This document shows, piece after piece, positions 33,713-47,088 of a DNA stretch of 64,000 nt. The translations under genes were made by a program, and so were the position numbers. Below the pieces are notes generated by a model. It saw only the letters and a program-made list of their open reading frames with translations. It was not told where the DNA came from and searched no databases. The first letter of the stretch is position 1, and each line of letters starts with the position of its first letter. The stretch comes from a virus (lineage: Duplodnaviria; Caudoviricetes): the IMG/VR virus record IMGVR_UViG_3300042508_000526; one strand, 5' to 3'.

Positions 33713-34834
33713 TTACACCGCAATTTTTTCAGCTTTTTTTCGCCGTTTTTCGGGCAGCGTATACCACCCGCGTTCGTAAAGCTGGGCTATTTTTTGAAAC
33801 GCCTCGTCGTACAGTTTACCGCAGGCTTCTAGGCTGTACTTGGCGCGGGCGTCATTGGCGATAGCGGCCCGATCCAGCGTCGTGACTTGCTCCAGCGCGT
33901 CGAGCCAGTCGGCCAAGGTCTTGCAGCGAAAGCCGTTAAAACCGTGCTGCACTGTTTCGGTGAAGGCGCCGTAATCTGTCGCTACGAGAGGCGTGCCGCA
34001 CAGCAAGCCCTCGACGCCAGACCCGCCAAATGGCTCTATGAACTTAGTCGGCATGAGCGAACAAATAGCGTTGCGCATAAACTCGCTGCGCTGTGCGCCC
34101 GATATCGGCCCGCGGTATTCGATCTTTGGGTGCGCCCATGGCGTATGGTCGCCTTGTCCGCACAGCACAATCTTTGGGCTATCTTCCGGAAGGTTTTGCG
34201 CGATAGACAGCAGCGCGTCGAGCCCTTTGCACGGACTGATGCGCCCGAGAAACGCGTAATACTGCCCTTGCTGGAAACGCGGGCGCCAGTCGTTGATATC
34301 AAAATAATTCGGAATGACCCACTCGTAGTGGTTGCCGTCTGCGTTTGCTTTGCCCGAGTGATAGTGGCGCCACGCGTAACTTTCAAATATCCGAATCGTG
34401 CCTTCAACCAGCGTGTTATAGCCGATACCAGTTTCCACGTGGATATTTGAGGGGAAGTCTTGCAGCAGTCGGGCGTGGGCGTGCCCAAACGGGTGGCAGA
34501 TAATGTCGCGGGTTTTTACGCGCGCCTTCATCGCCGCGACTAGCCGCCGCTCAAACTCTGTGTGGTGTGGTGTCGCGACGGTAGCCAAATTGCTGTAAAA
34601 ATCTTTCTTGTCGCGCTTGCCGGTCATCGAATCAAGCTCTTCCCGCGTGAGCATGACGACCTTCTCAGCGGCTTCGCTTTCGCTGCCCCCGTTAGCGTAC
34701 TCGACGACGTCGTAGCCGTACATCTGCAGCATCTTAGAGAAGCGCAAAGCTTTTCCAGTGAACGCGCAGTGCGAATACTCCTGCGAGTGTACCGTGTGAA
34801 AAATACCGACAAGATGCAACGTGGGCTTAGTCAC
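33713..34834 (-). CDS. glycosyltransferase family 4 (GT-B)
   Basis: FLGRISPCKG, FIEPFGGSGVEGLLCGTPLVATDYGAFTE; likely GTG start. Confidence 0.9.
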   Translation of the reverse strand: MTKPTLHLVGIFHTVHSQEYSHCAFTGKALRFSKMLQMYGYDVVEYANGGSESEAAEKVVMLTREELDSMTGKRDKKDFYSNLATVATPHHTEFERRLVAAMKARVKTRDIICHPFGHAHARLLQDFPSNIHVETGIGYNTLVEGTIRIFESYAWRHYHSGKANADGNHYEWVIPNYFDINDWRPRFQQGQYYAFLGRISPCKGLDALLSIAQNLPEDSPKIVLCGQGDHTPWAHPKIEYRGPISGAQRSEFMRNAICSLMPTKFIEPFGGSGVEGLLCGTPLVATDYGAFTETVQHGFNGFRCKTLADWLDALEQVTTLDRAAIANDARAKYSLEACGKLYDEAFQKIAQLYERGWYTLPEKRRKKAEKIAV

Positions 34835-34856
34835 GGCCAGTCCTTTAGCGAGATAG

Positions 34857-35240
34857 TCAAGCGCAATCAGAGAAGGGCAGCATTTGTTGTGCAGCACAAA
34901 CCATTTTTTTAGCTGTTGCCCGGCGGCGTAACTTCTGCGCAACGTCGGCGAGTTGGTCTGCAAACGCGTCGCACTCGCCGCATGGCACCGGAATATTAAA
35001 CGTGTACGCGTTGTCCGGACCGAATGTCAGTTGCACCGCGGGGCCATCAGCGGTCGCCCGTGGACCTGTTTTTTTATTTACCTTTTCTTGCAGATCTTGA
35101 TTTTCGCGAATAAGCGACTGCAACACGATGAGCAGGTCCGCGGAACTAAAGTTAGTTGGCAGCGCGCTTACACCCGCCGCGACCAAGTCATAGCAGGTGC
35201 CGATAAGCTTTGACGCGAGCCCATATACGGCAGATGGCAT
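34857..35240 (-). CDS. hypothetical protein
   Basis: ORF track. Confidence 0.55.
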   Translation of the reverse strand: MPSAVYGLASKLIGTCYDLVAAGVSALPTNFSSADLLIVLQSLIRENQDLQEKVNKKTGPRATADGPAVQLTFGPDNAYTFNIPVPCGECDAFADQLADVAQKLRRRATAKKMVCAAQQMLPFSDCA

Positions 35241-35293
35241 TTGAATTTGCTCAGCTTTTTTGTGGCACTTGTTGGCGCAAGCCATAACAGCTC

Positions 35294-35488
35294 CTAGTAA
35301 AGTCTTTGTAGACGCCGACCCTGTGGGCCAGCAGCTTCGGCGAACACGGCGGGAGAGACTTGCGGACAGCGAAATTCAGTTTCGTAGGCGCAGCGTTTTT
35401 TCTTTTCGCGCTGACTCCAGCCTTTGCGGATTTCACGCGCGCGCTCTTCTATCTCTTTTGGCGTTGGCGCCGGCACACGAGCAGCCAC
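35294..35488 (-). CDS. small basic protein
   Basis: PTPKEIEERAREIRKGWS; GAGGAG RBS. Confidence 0.65.
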   Translation of the reverse strand: MAARVPAPTPKEIEERAREIRKGWSQREKKKRCAYETEFRCPQVSPAVFAEAAGPQGRRLQRLY

Positions 35489-35499
35489 AAAACGTCTCC

Positions 35500-35874
35500 T
35501 CAGTAAAGTTTGAATAACCGGCGTTGTTTTGGCACAAGATCTTGCTGCACAAACGGCGGCTTTTTTACCGTAAACGATATTGCCCCGGATGTTGCAGCGG
35601 CCTGCCCGCGCGCCATCTCGATTTGCCGTGCCTGCTCAATTAGCGCTTCTGTTCGTCGTCGCGCTGCTTCACGTTCTTGCTCGCGGCGAGCCCGGGACTC
35701 TTTGAGATTGCGTTCCATACGAATTGTGTCCGCTATAGACCACATGACGAGAACGAGCAACAGCGCGGCAGGGATAATAATCGCCAGCGTGCCGGCAATC
35801 TCTGCGCGGTAATCAGCTGAGCTTTCGCCCTTAGCCGGCTGCGCTGTTGTTTCGATTGGCGTGCTGTTCTGCAT
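35500..35874 (-). CDS. membrane-anchored coiled-coil protein
   Basis: one transmembrane helix followed by a charged helix. Confidence 0.55.
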   Translation of the reverse strand: MQNSTPIETTAQPAKGESSADYRAEIAGTLAIIIPAALLLVLVMWSIADTIRMERNLKESRARREQEREAARRRTEALIEQARQIEMARGQAAATSGAISFTVKKPPFVQQDLVPKQRRLFKLY

Positions 35875-36439
35875 AACAAGCAGCGCATGTTGGGAGATAC
35901 TTTTCTTCACAACCCAGTTCGGCTGACGGACCTTCTAGCGTGGCCCGGCCGTTGAGAAGTTTAAGATTGAACACAGCTTTGCGCAAGCAAAACGTGCAAA
36001 TTGTTTTTATCTCTTCAATCGTGTCGGCTAGCTCAAGTAACCGCTGGGCCGCCGGAAATAACCTAGTGCGAAAATCAGTTCGTAGCCCGTAACAAATAAC
36101 GGGGATGCCAGTAGGGCTATTTGGCGCGACGGCAGAATGGGCAATATGGTGCAGCTGTTCTACGGCTTCAGGCGTTAAGAACTGCGCCTCGTCGACGAGG
36201 ACGCAGGCTATGGCGTCAAGCGCCGGTATCACCATGCGGCCGGCTGGCGGGGCCAGCACGTCGGCCTGCATTTCTAGACCAGCCCGGGTTTTGATAACAT
36301 CGCGCCCGAACCGCGTGTCAAACTCCGGCTTGACAAGTAAAACTTCTTTGCCTTGTTGCCGGTAGTTGTGCGCGACGGCCAAGAGATTCAGAGTCTTGGC
36401 GCTACCGACCGTGCCATGCCGAAAGTAAAGCTTAGCCAT
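35831..36439 (-). CDS. tdk: thymidine kinase
   Basis: GTVGSAKT, VDEAQF, YGLRTDF, CTFC...C..CY Zn site. Confidence 0.95.
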   Translation of the reverse strand: MAKLYFRHGTVGSAKTLNLLAVAHNYRQQGKEVLLVKPEFDTRFGRDVIKTRAGLEMQADVLAPPAGRMVIPALDAIACVLVDEAQFLTPEAVEQLHHIAHSAVAPNSPTGIPVICYGLRTDFRTRLFPAAQRLLELADTIEEIKTICTFCLRKAVFNLKLLNGRATLEGPSAELGCEEKYLPTCAACYAEQHANRNNSAAG

Positions 36440-36444
36440 GTGCG

Positions 36445-36990
36445 TTATTCAAGTTCAAACGTTCCATCTTCGTTAATAGTGACTTTACCAACGTTTGTTG
36501 ACGCGCAATTACTTTGCGCGCCGGGATTAATAGTTTTTGTTTTTTTTGTGTCTTCATTTGGCACGTCATAACACTCAACGATAACTTTTGCTGGGCCGCT
36601 GCCGCCGGCCGGTATGTACCACCCGGCAGCCAGATCGATCTCAACACTGCCGCTCCATCTTTCTGCGTCAAGTGCTGCTTTAAAATAAATAAGTACGTAT
36701 TCGCTCGCCGATGCCGATGTGTTGTCGCCACTCCACAAGATATACGCCACAGTACTGCCGTCACCGCATGACCAACCAACTTTTGTGCCCAAAAAAGTAG
36801 TGCCGGTATCCAAGTCGCGCGATGAGCTTTCTGACCAGTCGTAAGTTATTTTTAGCACGGTGCAATCATTACAGCAGCATCCCTCGTACTCATTTGACGG
36901 CGAAAGCCAGTCCGCTTCCACAATGGAGCCAGACTCGCTGCTGCCCCATACTACGCGCAGCTTGCCGTTAATCAAAGTCAACTTTGCCAT
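36445..36990 (-). CDS. putative structural protein
   Basis: ITYDW...DLDT...WSGDNT..SEYV block; lies in the tail region. Confidence 0.6.
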   Translation of the reverse strand: MAKLTLINGKLRVVWGSSESGSIVEADWLSPSNEYEGCCCNDCTVLKITYDWSESSSRDLDTGTTFLGTKVGWSCGDGSTVAYILWSGDNTSASASEYVLIYFKAALDAERWSGSVEIDLAAGWYIPAGGSGPAKVIVECYDVPNEDTKKTKTINPGAQSNCASTNVGKVTINEDGTFELE

Positions 36991-36994
36991 AGCA

Positions 36995-38125
36995 TCAAGA
37001 CGCCGGGTCGACGGATTTCACGCCAAAACTAGCCGCGTTGAAATCAGTGATGGTCCAATTAGCCCCTGTTGCTGGGTTGACTTTTATGATTTGAGAATTG
37101 GGTCCGGCGTAGTTCGTATCTGTCAGCGTTATTTTTGAGCCCAGCTCATACGTTGTTGTACCGTTGTAGTAAAGACATTTGTAGGCAGAGTCAAGGCTGA
37201 CTTTTCGCGCAAATGAGTCGAGCCGGATCGCCGCGATGACGGCCGTGGCAGGATTAACAGGCGTTACATTTTGCGTGTTGTACGTAATGCTTTTGTTGAA
37301 TTGCGCAGTCGTTACGCTAGTTAGGTCGCCGTTGTTGTCGCCCAACAGCGTGTTGCCGTCGTAAGTTGGCGGCGTGTTATAACCACCGTAATAAAATTCA
37401 CGCCAGCCATCAGAATAGCTTGCCCCAGACTGCAATTGAACTTTGTGCACTTGCGTGTTCGTACCTAAATAGCTCGTGGGCGCAGGCGCGATGTTATCAC
37501 TAACGTACAAATCGTCGAAGCCCATTAAGTTGCAGCTACTACCGGTGATATCAAAGCCGGCTATAGACCCCAATGTTGTCGGCAAATTTGTTATTTGGCT
37601 GCTTGAGCTATTAGACAGCGCTGACCCGTTCACGCGCATGGCAACTGTATTTGGGGAAGTTCCAAGATTAAATTCAAACTCTAAAAAGAGCCAGCCGCCA
37701 CCATAATACGAACAACTATTTGCGTTGTAAGAATATGCGCTGTCAGTAAACGTATAGTTTGTCACCGTCGTATTAGACTGCCGCACGACAAAACGCAACT
37801 GATTAGCTGCCACGCTTGCCATGTTGATGGTTAAATTGTTCGTCAGCGAGCTGTTAAAAACGCTTAAAAATGGTAACCCAGTTGCACCCGCAGCGGCGTC
37901 TGTGTACGGATTGTACGCCGCAAAGCCAATGTATACCTTTTTGGCGCTGTGAGTACCAAAATTGCGCAACGAAATCACACCGGGTGGCGTCGCTGCATCA
38001 ATGCGCAAAGATTTTTCGCCGGTTCGCGCGCCGATGTAAAAATTGGAATCAATCTCAGCGTTCGTGCCTGACCAGTATGCGGACGCAAGCGGGTTTTCAA
38101 AACCATCAAAAAAGATAACAGCCAT
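36995..38125 (-). CDS. putative tail/virion protein
   Basis: MAVIFFDGFE start; FDDLYV; NPATGANWT end; beta-rich. Confidence 0.7.
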   Translation of the reverse strand: MAVIFFDGFENPLASAYWSGTNAEIDSNFYIGARTGEKSLRIDAATPPGVISLRNFGTHSAKKVYIGFAAYNPYTDAAAGATGLPFLSVFNSSLTNNLTINMASVAANQLRFVVRQSNTTVTNYTFTDSAYSYNANSCSYYGGGWLFLEFEFNLGTSPNTVAMRVNGSALSNSSSSQITNLPTTLGSIAGFDITGSSCNLMGFDDLYVSDNIAPAPTSYLGTNTQVHKVQLQSGASYSDGWREFYYGGYNTPPTYDGNTLLGDNNGDLTSVTTAQFNKSITYNTQNVTPVNPATAVIAAIRLDSFARKVSLDSAYKCLYYNGTTTYELGSKITLTDTNYAGPNSQIIKVNPATGANWTITDFNAASFGVKSVDPAS

Positions 38126-38133
38126 AGCTTGTC

Positions 38134-38334
38134 CTAGTATGTAAGCACGTCAACTGTTAGTTGCGTAAGGTTGATTTCTGGAGCCTCTGGCGCGTGTGTA
38201 AGCACGGCAACTGTTAGTTGCGTAAGGTTGATTTCTGGAGCCTCTGGCGCGTGTGTAAGCACGTCAACTGTTAGTTGCGTTAAAAGCAATTCGTAGATGC
38301 GTCTGGGTATTCTGTGCCCGATATGTCCGCGCAT
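38134..38334 (-). CDS. small repeat protein (LTQLTVDVLTHAPEAPEIN x2.5)
   Basis: ORF track; encoded by the 57-bp tandem repeat. Confidence 0.55.
   Translation of the reverse strand: MRGHIGHRIPRRIYELLLTQLTVDVLTHAPEAPEINLTQLTVAVLTHAPEAPEINLTQLTVDVLTY
38141..38282. repeat. 57-bp tandem repeat, 2.5 copies
   Basis: units start at 38141, 38198 and 38255; one mismatch. Confidence 0.9.
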
Positions 38335-38336
38335 GA

Positions 38337-41267
<2,931 letters not shown>

Positions 41268-41292
41268 CTACTCTGCCCTATAAAATAGCATA

Positions 41293-41547
41293 TCAGCGGC
41301 TAAACAGCTCATCTTCATTTAGACGGTCGAAAAGACGAAATAACCGAGAATGGCGCCAGCTCCGAATGACCGTTCTATTCGCACGCCCACCCAAATTGCG
41401 CCTACGATAACGAATCGGGCGGCGAGAATAAAGTCGCATGGGTTGTGTGAGGCCCCAGCGCTTTCGGAAAGCTAGCGCCGCGTACCAGCGCTGCACAAAC
41501 CAGCCCAAAACTACGCCGGTACATAATGCCAGAAAAACAGCAATCAT
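41293..41547 (-). CDS. small membrane protein
   Basis: N-terminal helix, Arg-rich tail. Confidence 0.45.
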   Translation of the reverse strand: MIAVFLALCTGVVLGWFVQRWYAALAFRKRWGLTQPMRLYSRRPIRYRRRNLGGRANRTVIRSWRHSRLFRLFDRLNEDELFSR

Positions 41548-41683
41548 TTTGATACCCAGTACATACCTACGTTACTTAGCGCGTATCCAAAAAACGCTAC
41601 GCTCACACCGTAATTGCACTTATAGCACTGCTCTGCGGAAATGTACAGGTAGATTCCTGAGACGAGAAGCAACAAGCTGCCGC

Positions 41684-44600
41684 TCATATTGTTCTACCTA
41701 TAGCTGCTTGAAACGTTTGCATTGCTGTGTAATACGCCGAGACTTCTGCAGCCGTCAAAGCCGTGCCGAAAGAATAGCCGCCGAGTCGGCCATTGTGAAA
41801 AAGCGTCACACCGTTGCCGCCGTAAATAAGCCGCGCAAAAATGGCGATAGGTTCTGGCGAAAATGGATTAGCTTCGATAGTAGAGGTATTCGGCGTGCCG
41901 GCGGTCGTGTTGCGATAGGCCACGATATTGCTGCGCGAGGAACGCACAAATGTTAGCATTTCTGGCGCGGACCCGGCTGGCGCATTTGCAGTAGTACTAA
42001 AAGTGCTGTTTAAATACCCAGCGCGACCTATAGCTTCAATATTTACACTGTTTTGCGCGGACAAGCCAAAGTACGAGCCCTGTTGTGTGCTTTCTTCCAG
42101 CACGACAGCCATACCGTGAAGACTGTTCGCCGGCGTAATCATGTTGCCGCGTAAACCAGTATCTAAATACGGCCCCGTATTTGTACCGCTGGTTCCACGT
42201 AAGCCCGTGCTTTCAGTGTAGTTTGCGGCCACAAAAGCGGAACCGCCGTAATTTAAATTGATGTCAATAGAGTTGCCGTACAGTACGCCGTCGCCGGGGT
42301 GCGTGTAAAGCGGCGTTCGGCATGCAATTAGACCACCGCCGCAAAACAAATTAAGCCGATAAAACTTATTTCGAATGCCGGCGCTGTCTATTGCCTTGCA
42401 AAAATTAGATACGGCGGTCAGCGTCGCGGCACTCGCGTCGCCGCCTGCGTGCACGACGCGTGCATACCAATTTTGCGCTTCTGGATGCGCGGACGCGTAA
42501 GCTGAGTTGCTATCATTGCGGCCTAATTGCAATTGAAAGTTTTGCATGAGCCGGTTATATGCCGCCACTTCTGCTGCTGTTAAACCCAGACCCGCAGAGT
42601 ATGCGCCCATCGGATACGGGAACGCGCCGCCGGTATTAGCGCCGTTAGACCCGCCGACAACAGCCATCAAATACGGCGAAACATAGTTGGCTGTGGTCGT
42701 AGCGTTTGTGCCAGAAGATGCCCCGTCAACATACGCTGTTAGACTTGTAGCAGAAGTTCTGGAAGCAACCACAAAGTGCGCCCCGAGCGGCACGTTTGTG
42801 ACAGAAGCTAGATTTGTACCACTGATTGCGACGTTTAAATTAAATCCAGATGTCGTAGGTGCTTCGACTGACATACGAACTTGCTGGGAGTTTACCGTTT
42901 GTTCCGTGCCCGCAATTAAGCCGCCAATTGCGTATGCGGCACTAGACGGCGTTGTATTTACGCGAAAGAAAGATGCAAAGTGCGCATTTAACAGCGTAGG
43001 CAACTCATTGTAAAAAAAGCCTGTGTAAACCGTACGTGTGTTGCTCGCGCTAGAACCTGTTAGTCCAGTTGTGGTCAGCGCGCCAGACTCGACGTACTCG
43101 TTTGGGCTATTGTAAAACCCACTACCAACAAGTGATGCGCCGCTGGAGTAACTAGCTGTTCTGTCGTACGCGCCGCCGAAATTGCGATCTAGAGGAACAG
43201 GCCCGCAATACAGCGGCGTTAAGCACGCGGCAAGGTTATTACCGCAGAACAAATTCAGCCGATAAAACTTGCTGCGCAAACCCGCGGCGTTGACGCGGCG
43301 GCAAAATTCTGTAACGCAATCTGCCGTGTACTGGGAGATCGCGCCGGAGTTATAGTACGCGCGATCAATCCAATCTTGGACTTCTGGATGCGAAGACGTT
43401 GGTCGTGTCGCTCCCACGCCCCATTTATCGTTTAGATATTTGAAGACACGCATTAACTCAGTTGTCGTCAGCGCGCGATCATAGATAATGCACTCGGCGA
43501 TATCGCCAGTGAACACGCGAGACGGCACACCCGAACCAGTACGCCCGCCAACCTGCACGCGTGTGTGCGAACCTAACGCCACGCCTGTGCCAGTAAAATA
43601 TTCTTCGAGCCCACCGTCGCGATAAATATACGAGTTTTTCGTGTTTGCTTGCGTATAAACCGCCGCTACAGTCGTGAATACAGCGACGTGATTTGTGGTC
43701 GCGGTATTTGAAGAGGTCGTGGTATTCCCACCCGGGCCGTCAGCGATATATTGCGCGGCGTTAGAGTAAATACCCGGACCGCCTTCGCCGCCGGTCGAGT
43801 TACCGGTCGTGAGCACGCCGGCCACTGTTGAGATAGTCCCGCGATCGCGGCACGCAACAATAACTGTGGCGGGCGCCGTGGTTGTTCTGTCGGCTGCTGA
43901 CAATAAAGAGTCACCGCCGTCAAATGAAAGAACCGGCTTGCCGTTTTGGCGATTTAACACATAGGTCGGGCAGACGGAACTACCGCCGGCGTTAATTACG
44001 TGCTGATTCGCGCCGCTTTTATCCGCCCAGTACGCGACTGTTTGCCCGCTAGCTGTTACGGCAGTTGTTCCAGCGCTGTCTTGCTTTAACGAAGAAATAT
44101 CACTCGCATCTACCCAAAACGAACAGTTACTGATATCAGTAGGCGCTGTAATAGGCGCTACGGTCGTGGGCAGCGGGATGCCCCACTTGCGCGCCAAGTA
44201 GTCTTCGATATCTGTGACGGTTTTAGCCGGCAACGTGTCATTGAAAACCAAGATCTCAGCGACGTGCCCGGTGAAAAAATTTGAGTAATACCCGCCAGAG
44301 ATTACGCCGTTTCGCGCGCCGACACACTGCCCCTGCTGAGAACCGTCCAGCAGGCCACCGGCGCCAGACAATACAGTTGCGCGATTCGCCGCGGCTTTTA
44401 AGTTAAACGTGAAAAAATTCGTAACGGTAAACGTCGTGTCGTCGTATGTCACGCGCATAATAGCCGCGTTGTTTAAACCAGCGCCCGGCACAGAATTGTT
44501 AACCGCGCCTGAACTGGTTGCGCGTTTGAAATAAGAAAAATTACCTGCTGGCGTATAGCCAAACTCGACAGTCGGCACCCACGATATGCTACCAGTCGCC

Positions 44601-44968
44601 ATCGGGTAGTAATCAAAGAAGATGGATGTCGATCCGGGCGTAGCTGTCGGCACAATCACAAAGAACATCGTCCGCTTACCAAGTCCCGGTATCGTGGCGT
44701 TGCGCAGCACTGTATTTGTGCCGTTGAACGACAACACGGTGCGCCCGTTGTACGTCGCCAGCGCGGGTCCGTTACGCGGGCCGTCGAATGAGCCGGTACC
44801 GCGTGTAAACGCAAGTGCATTGCTGCTCTTGTCGAGCCACTGCGTAACCTGCCCCGACGACGTAGTAATCGTGCTGGGGTCATCAGCGTCCAGCCAAAGA
44901 GCAAGGCTAGAGAACATACGCGGGTCAAACGTGCCGCGCGTAATAGCTGGCAAAGCATTATTCGCCAC
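41684..44968 (-). CDS. tail/adhesin protein with two LamG-like domains and two HPExQxW...FYRLNLFCG modules
   Basis: WLDADD...WLDKS and GHVAEILVF motifs; repeated modules. Confidence 0.8.
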   Translation of the reverse strand: MANNALPAITRGTFDPRMFSSLALWLDADDPSTITTSSGQVTQWLDKSSNALAFTRGTGSFDGPRNGPALATYNGRTVLSFNGTNTVLRNATIPGLGKRTMFFVIVPTATPGSTSIFFDYYPMATGSISWVPTVEFGYTPAGNFSYFKRATSSGAVNNSVPGAGLNNAAIMRVTYDDTTFTVTNFFTFNLKAAANRATVLSGAGGLLDGSQQGQCVGARNGVISGGYYSNFFTGHVAEILVFNDTLPAKTVTDIEDYLARKWGIPLPTTVAPITAPTDISNCSFWVDASDISSLKQDSAGTTAVTASGQTVAYWADKSGANQHVINAGGSSVCPTYVLNRQNGKPVLSFDGGDSLLSAADRTTTAPATVIVACRDRGTISTVAGVLTTGNSTGGEGGPGIYSNAAQYIADGPGGNTTTSSNTATTNHVAVFTTVAAVYTQANTKNSYIYRDGGLEEYFTGTGVALGSHTRVQVGGRTGSGVPSRVFTGDIAECIIYDRALTTTELMRVFKYLNDKWGVGATRPTSSHPEVQDWIDRAYYNSGAISQYTADCVTEFCRRVNAAGLRSKFYRLNLFCGNNLAACLTPLYCGPVPLDRNFGGAYDRTASYSSGASLVGSGFYNSPNEYVESGALTTTGLTGSSASNTRTVYTGFFYNELPTLLNAHFASFFRVNTTPSSAAYAIGGLIAGTEQTVNSQQVRMSVEAPTTSGFNLNVAISGTNLASVTNVPLGAHFVVASRTSATSLTAYVDGASSGTNATTTANYVSPYLMAVVGGSNGANTGGAFPYPMGAYSAGLGLTAAEVAAYNRLMQNFQLQLGRNDSNSAYASAHPEAQNWYARVVHAGGDASAATLTAVSNFCKAIDSAGIRNKFYRLNLFCGGGLIACRTPLYTHPGDGVLYGNSIDINLNYGGSAFVAANYTESTGLRGTSGTNTGPYLDTGLRGNMITPANSLHGMAVVLEESTQQGSYFGLSAQNSVNIEAIGRAGYLNSTFSTTANAPAGSAPEMLTFVRSSRSNIVAYRNTTAGTPNTSTIEANPFSPEPIAIFARLIYGGNGVTLFHNGRLGGYSFGTALTAAEVSAYYTAMQTFQAAIGRTI

Positions 44969-44977
44969 AACGCCACC

Positions 44978-45427
44978 TCAAAGTTGTACAGCGTCGCGGA
45001 AAGCCTGATCAATTTGCTCCGCGGTAAAACCTAACGCCGCACCCAATGTAGCAATCATCGGGTGTTTGCGCTCTACGTATGGCGCATATTCCCACTCGAC
45101 ACGAACGACATCGCGCTCCAGCGGGTCGGCAATGTTATCAATAACTGTTTCAACCGCGGCCAAAGAAATGCCGTGTGTAACAAGCCACATGCGAATTTGC
45201 CGCGCGCTAATCTGCTGCGGAACAGGGCCGAGTTCTGGCGGCGCCCACTCCCACCCGGCGGGCAGGTCTGTATCGGCCACAAGCGTAAGCCCTTCGCCCG
45301 GCTCCCAGCCGTCGGGATAGTCTCCGCGCACGAACGTTACAACTTTGCCGTCACTTGCACGCACTACAGCGTAAGAAGTCGGCTGCGGAGCCGGCTCTGG
45401 CACAACTTCGTTTGCTTCTTCGCTCAT
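44978..45427 (-). CDS. putative tail fibre accessory protein
   Basis: ISARQIRMWL...WEYA...IDQAFRDA. Confidence 0.65.
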   Translation of the reverse strand: MSEEANEVVPEPAPQPTSYAVVRASDGKVVTFVRGDYPDGWEPGEGLTLVADTDLPAGWEWAPPELGPVPQQISARQIRMWLVTHGISLAAVETVIDNIADPLERDVVRVEWEYAPYVERKHPMIATLGAALGFTAEQIDQAFRDAVQL

Positions 45428-45437
45428 TGTTGCCCTT

Positions 45438-46694
45438 TCAATACCAAACTGTAATACGCACGAAACCGTTTCCGCCATTGCCGCCGGCGCCACTGGCATT
45501 GCCGTTTAAACAGCCGCCGCCACCGCCACCGCCGCCACCCGGAAAACCGCCAGTACCGCCGAATCCGCCCGGGCCGGCATTATTGCCGCCGCCGCCGGAG
45601 CCGCCAGAGCACCAACGACCGAAATAGGTAACGCCCGCGGAGCCGTTGCCGCCGCCGGCTGATCCGCCGGTAGGGCCGGCGTTAGCGCCCAGCATAATCG
45701 GGATAGTGCCGGCATTGCCGCCAGCGTAGTGATTATTAGACGCGTCTGCGCCCCCACCGCCGCCGCCATTACCGTTGCCGGCTGTGGCGTATGACCCAAA
45801 TGCTCCGGCGGCATTAGAAGCGCCCGTTAAAGACGAACCCGCTACCAAATTTTGAAACTGGGACGCCCACGCATTGTCTCCCCCGCTTACTGTTGCAGCG
45901 GTCGTACCGCCGGTACCGCCGGTGCAGTGCCAACCAAGTGCTACATATACGCCGTTAATACTTACAAAAGAGCCGCCAGAGCTGCCCCCGGCGTTGCCGT
46001 TTGTATCGTCTGTCGTTACAGAGGCTCCGCCAGCACCGCCGGCGCCAACAGTCACACTGCACACAAGCGTAGGCAAGTCACTCGCGCGATAAGTCAATTC
46101 TGTCCAACCACCAGCGTGACCAGCTCCGCCGCCACAACGCGCAGTTCCAGCCGCGCCACGACGGCCAGAACCGCCGCCACTACCGCCGCCATGCGCAAGA
46201 AAAGTTACATAGCGGGCGGCCGACGGGATAGACCACGTGTACGCGCCGTTACTTCCCGATGCGTCAGCCGGAGCACTTGTACGCGTAAAGTCATATATCA
46301 CGGCTTGCGAGCCCGCAATTTTAACGACACCGCCAGTACGCCAACGGGAACTTGTGCCGTCATAAATCAGCGAAAGGCTGTCATTCGGCGCAAGAGTAAC
46401 GTCAGAACCAGTGGCGCTCGTTACACGATTCGCTGTGGTGCTGCTTAGAGACTCGTGGGCGATGCGGATATCAAAAACGCCTACGTTGCAGATAGTTGCC
46501 ACAGCGCCATCAATACCCGCAACAAAACCCGTAATAGTGCGCGTCGAATCTGACGAGAGCCGGACGACGTCTGTGCTCGCCGGTAAGGCGTAATTGTTCT
46601 GGTCCGCCACAATTTGTGCCGGAGAACTAATTGCTGCCCGCGTGTTGACTAAAGCTTTGCCGCCAAAATCAACGGTGCCGTATACGCTAGACAT
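45438..46694 (-). CDS. glycine-rich tail protein
   Basis: GGGGGG tracts; GGNGGNGFVRITVWY end. Confidence 0.8.
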   Translation of the reverse strand: MSSVYGTVDFGGKALVNTRAAISSPAQIVADQNNYALPASTDVVRLSSDSTRTITGFVAGIDGAVATICNVGVFDIRIAHESLSSTTANRVTSATGSDVTLAPNDSLSLIYDGTSSRWRTGGVVKIAGSQAVIYDFTRTSAPADASGSNGAYTWSIPSAARYVTFLAHGGGSGGGSGRRGAAGTARCGGGAGHAGGWTELTYRASDLPTLVCSVTVGAGGAGGASVTTDDTNGNAGGSSGGSFVSINGVYVALGWHCTGGTGGTTAATVSGGDNAWASQFQNLVAGSSLTGASNAAGAFGSYATAGNGNGGGGGGADASNNHYAGGNAGTIPIMLGANAGPTGGSAGGGNGSAGVTYFGRWCSGGSGGGGNNAGPGGFGGTGGFPGGGGGGGGGCLNGNASGAGGNGGNGFVRITVWY

Positions 46695-46701
46695 TATTTA
46701 A

Positions 46702-47040
46702 TCACTCCGCGGGCGTTTCGGGTTCCGGCGGCGGCGCGTACACGACGCCTTGCTGCTGCCCGACTTTCATAACATAAGACAACAAACCAACGACGACAGC
46801 ACCTAGTTCAGGATCTGTTTGCGCTGCGCTAAGGAGTCCGGGAACGTCGAGTGTTTGGGTTTCACCCGACAACTCCGCATTGCCATTTTCATCTGTGCGA
46901 AATTTGCCAAGCACTACGTGCGCATTTGCGTCGCCGTTCGGACTGGGTGCCTGAATGAGAATCGTCTGCACCCACCATTTATCAAACACTTTAGCGGGCA
47001 CTTCTGTGGGCTGCGCGGCGACAAGAACGGGAATAGACAT
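46702..47040 (-). CDS. hypothetical protein
   Basis: AGGAG RBS. Confidence 0.65.
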   Translation of the reverse strand: MSIPVLVAAQPTEVPAKVFDKWWVQTILIQAPSPNGDANAHVVLGKFRTDENGNAELSGETQTLDVPGLLSAAQTDPELGAVVVGLLSYVMKVGQQQGVVYAPPPEPETPAE

Positions 47041-47088
47041 ATTAAACTCCTACAGGTAGGTATATCTTACACAATTTTGCGAGAGGCA

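Noticed and set aside
38141-38282. CRISPR array
   Set aside because: Contiguous tandem units without unique spacers; in-frame coding repeat.
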